Below, piece after piece: positions 63,405 through 64,000 of a DNA stretch of 64,000 bases. Numbering within the stretch: the stretch's first letter is position 1; each line of letters starts with the position of its first letter. The notes below the pieces were generated by a model, which worked only from the letters and a program-made list of their open reading frames with translations, was not told the DNA's origin and ran no database searches. Source of the DNA: Candidatus Bathyarchaeia archaeon (GTDB taxonomy: Archaea > Thermoproteota > Bathyarchaeia > 40CM-2-53-6); the NCBI GenBank assembly GCA_049513715.1, contig JBEKVV010000001.1, positions 192,001 to 256,000 of the forward strand, given 5' to 3'. The position numbers and the translations under genes are program-made.

Positions 63405-64000
63405 AATTCTCGAAGCCTGTCACTTAACCTCGTGCGATTCTTGTACAATCCGCGAGTCAAATATCATGAAAGACGAAACCTAGACTCTTGTCTTGTTCAG
63501 CTATGTCGGCGTCTGGGGCTAACGAATGGAATAATCTGCTTCCAAATCTCGACAGGGGAAGAAGTGTGGAATCAATCCTTCGATCAAGCAGACGCACCAC
63601 GCATACACAGTGAGCCCCTTCGACCCCACCATCCCTGCCCGTGAATAGCATGTGCTAGGCACCTTTTTTCTGGGCCGTCTTACCGCGCATGCGCGAGTGC
63701 TTGATTCAATGTGTGGTGTGCTTTTGTGGGGAAAACATGTCACTCATCCCTAACTCCAGTGGAGAAAATGTCGGTATGACGCTGGGATGAGGCTTGTTAA
63801 TGATGAATGGTTTGGGGTGTTCGACTGCAAAATTAGCATCCAAAATCCGCAGAACAAGCTCTCGTGGCTGTGGGGGGGGGCCACTAATGGCTCCGGATCA
63901 AGCGAAACCGGTTGAAAAAGCTCTGGAGTTCCCACCCCGCAAAGGTCTTGAGAATGATTAGCATAACCTAGCTTAGGGGAGACATTGCCGTTTCTTTCCC

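Noticed and set aside
63432..64000. Integrated element or PQQ-repeat gene after tRNA-Ala
   Set aside because: Only a weak GIICFQISTGEEVW fragment; no integrase or att duplication visible before the window ends

Overview
Archaeal chromosome segment from a TACK-superphylum organism. The 16S/23S operon has no ITS tRNA and no linked 5S; Bathyarchaeia-like placement is my inference and needs a 16S tree. About 1-39 kb is a cell-surface locus. It holds two pilin pseudogenes and a glycosylation block (GPT/MraY-type transferase, beta-propeller glycosidase, acetyltransferase, GT2, GT4, three paralogous GT-C-like membrane proteins). A paired 7TM + wHTH regulator precedes a duplicated major pilin. A type IV pilus core follows (ATPase, two TadC/FlaJ, pilin, three mosaic adhesin-pilins), then a convergent operon of two TackOD1-like Zn/REase-fold proteins, HerA and KaiC ending in a pilin, and finally prepilin peptidase and two large surface proteins. 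The remainder holds regulators, a VapBC pair, RNase P RNA with a duplication scar, rhomboid, hutUI and the rRNA operon (48-nt BHB intron in 16S, divergent 23S peptidyl-transferase centre). After that come an unannotated 43-aa secreted peptide beside a tandem-Lrp regulator, a Mo-hydroxylase (coxMSL-like), porGDAB with an unannotated 8-Cys microprotein, and two intron-containing tRNAs. All family assignments are from motif recognition by eye; no database searches were run.
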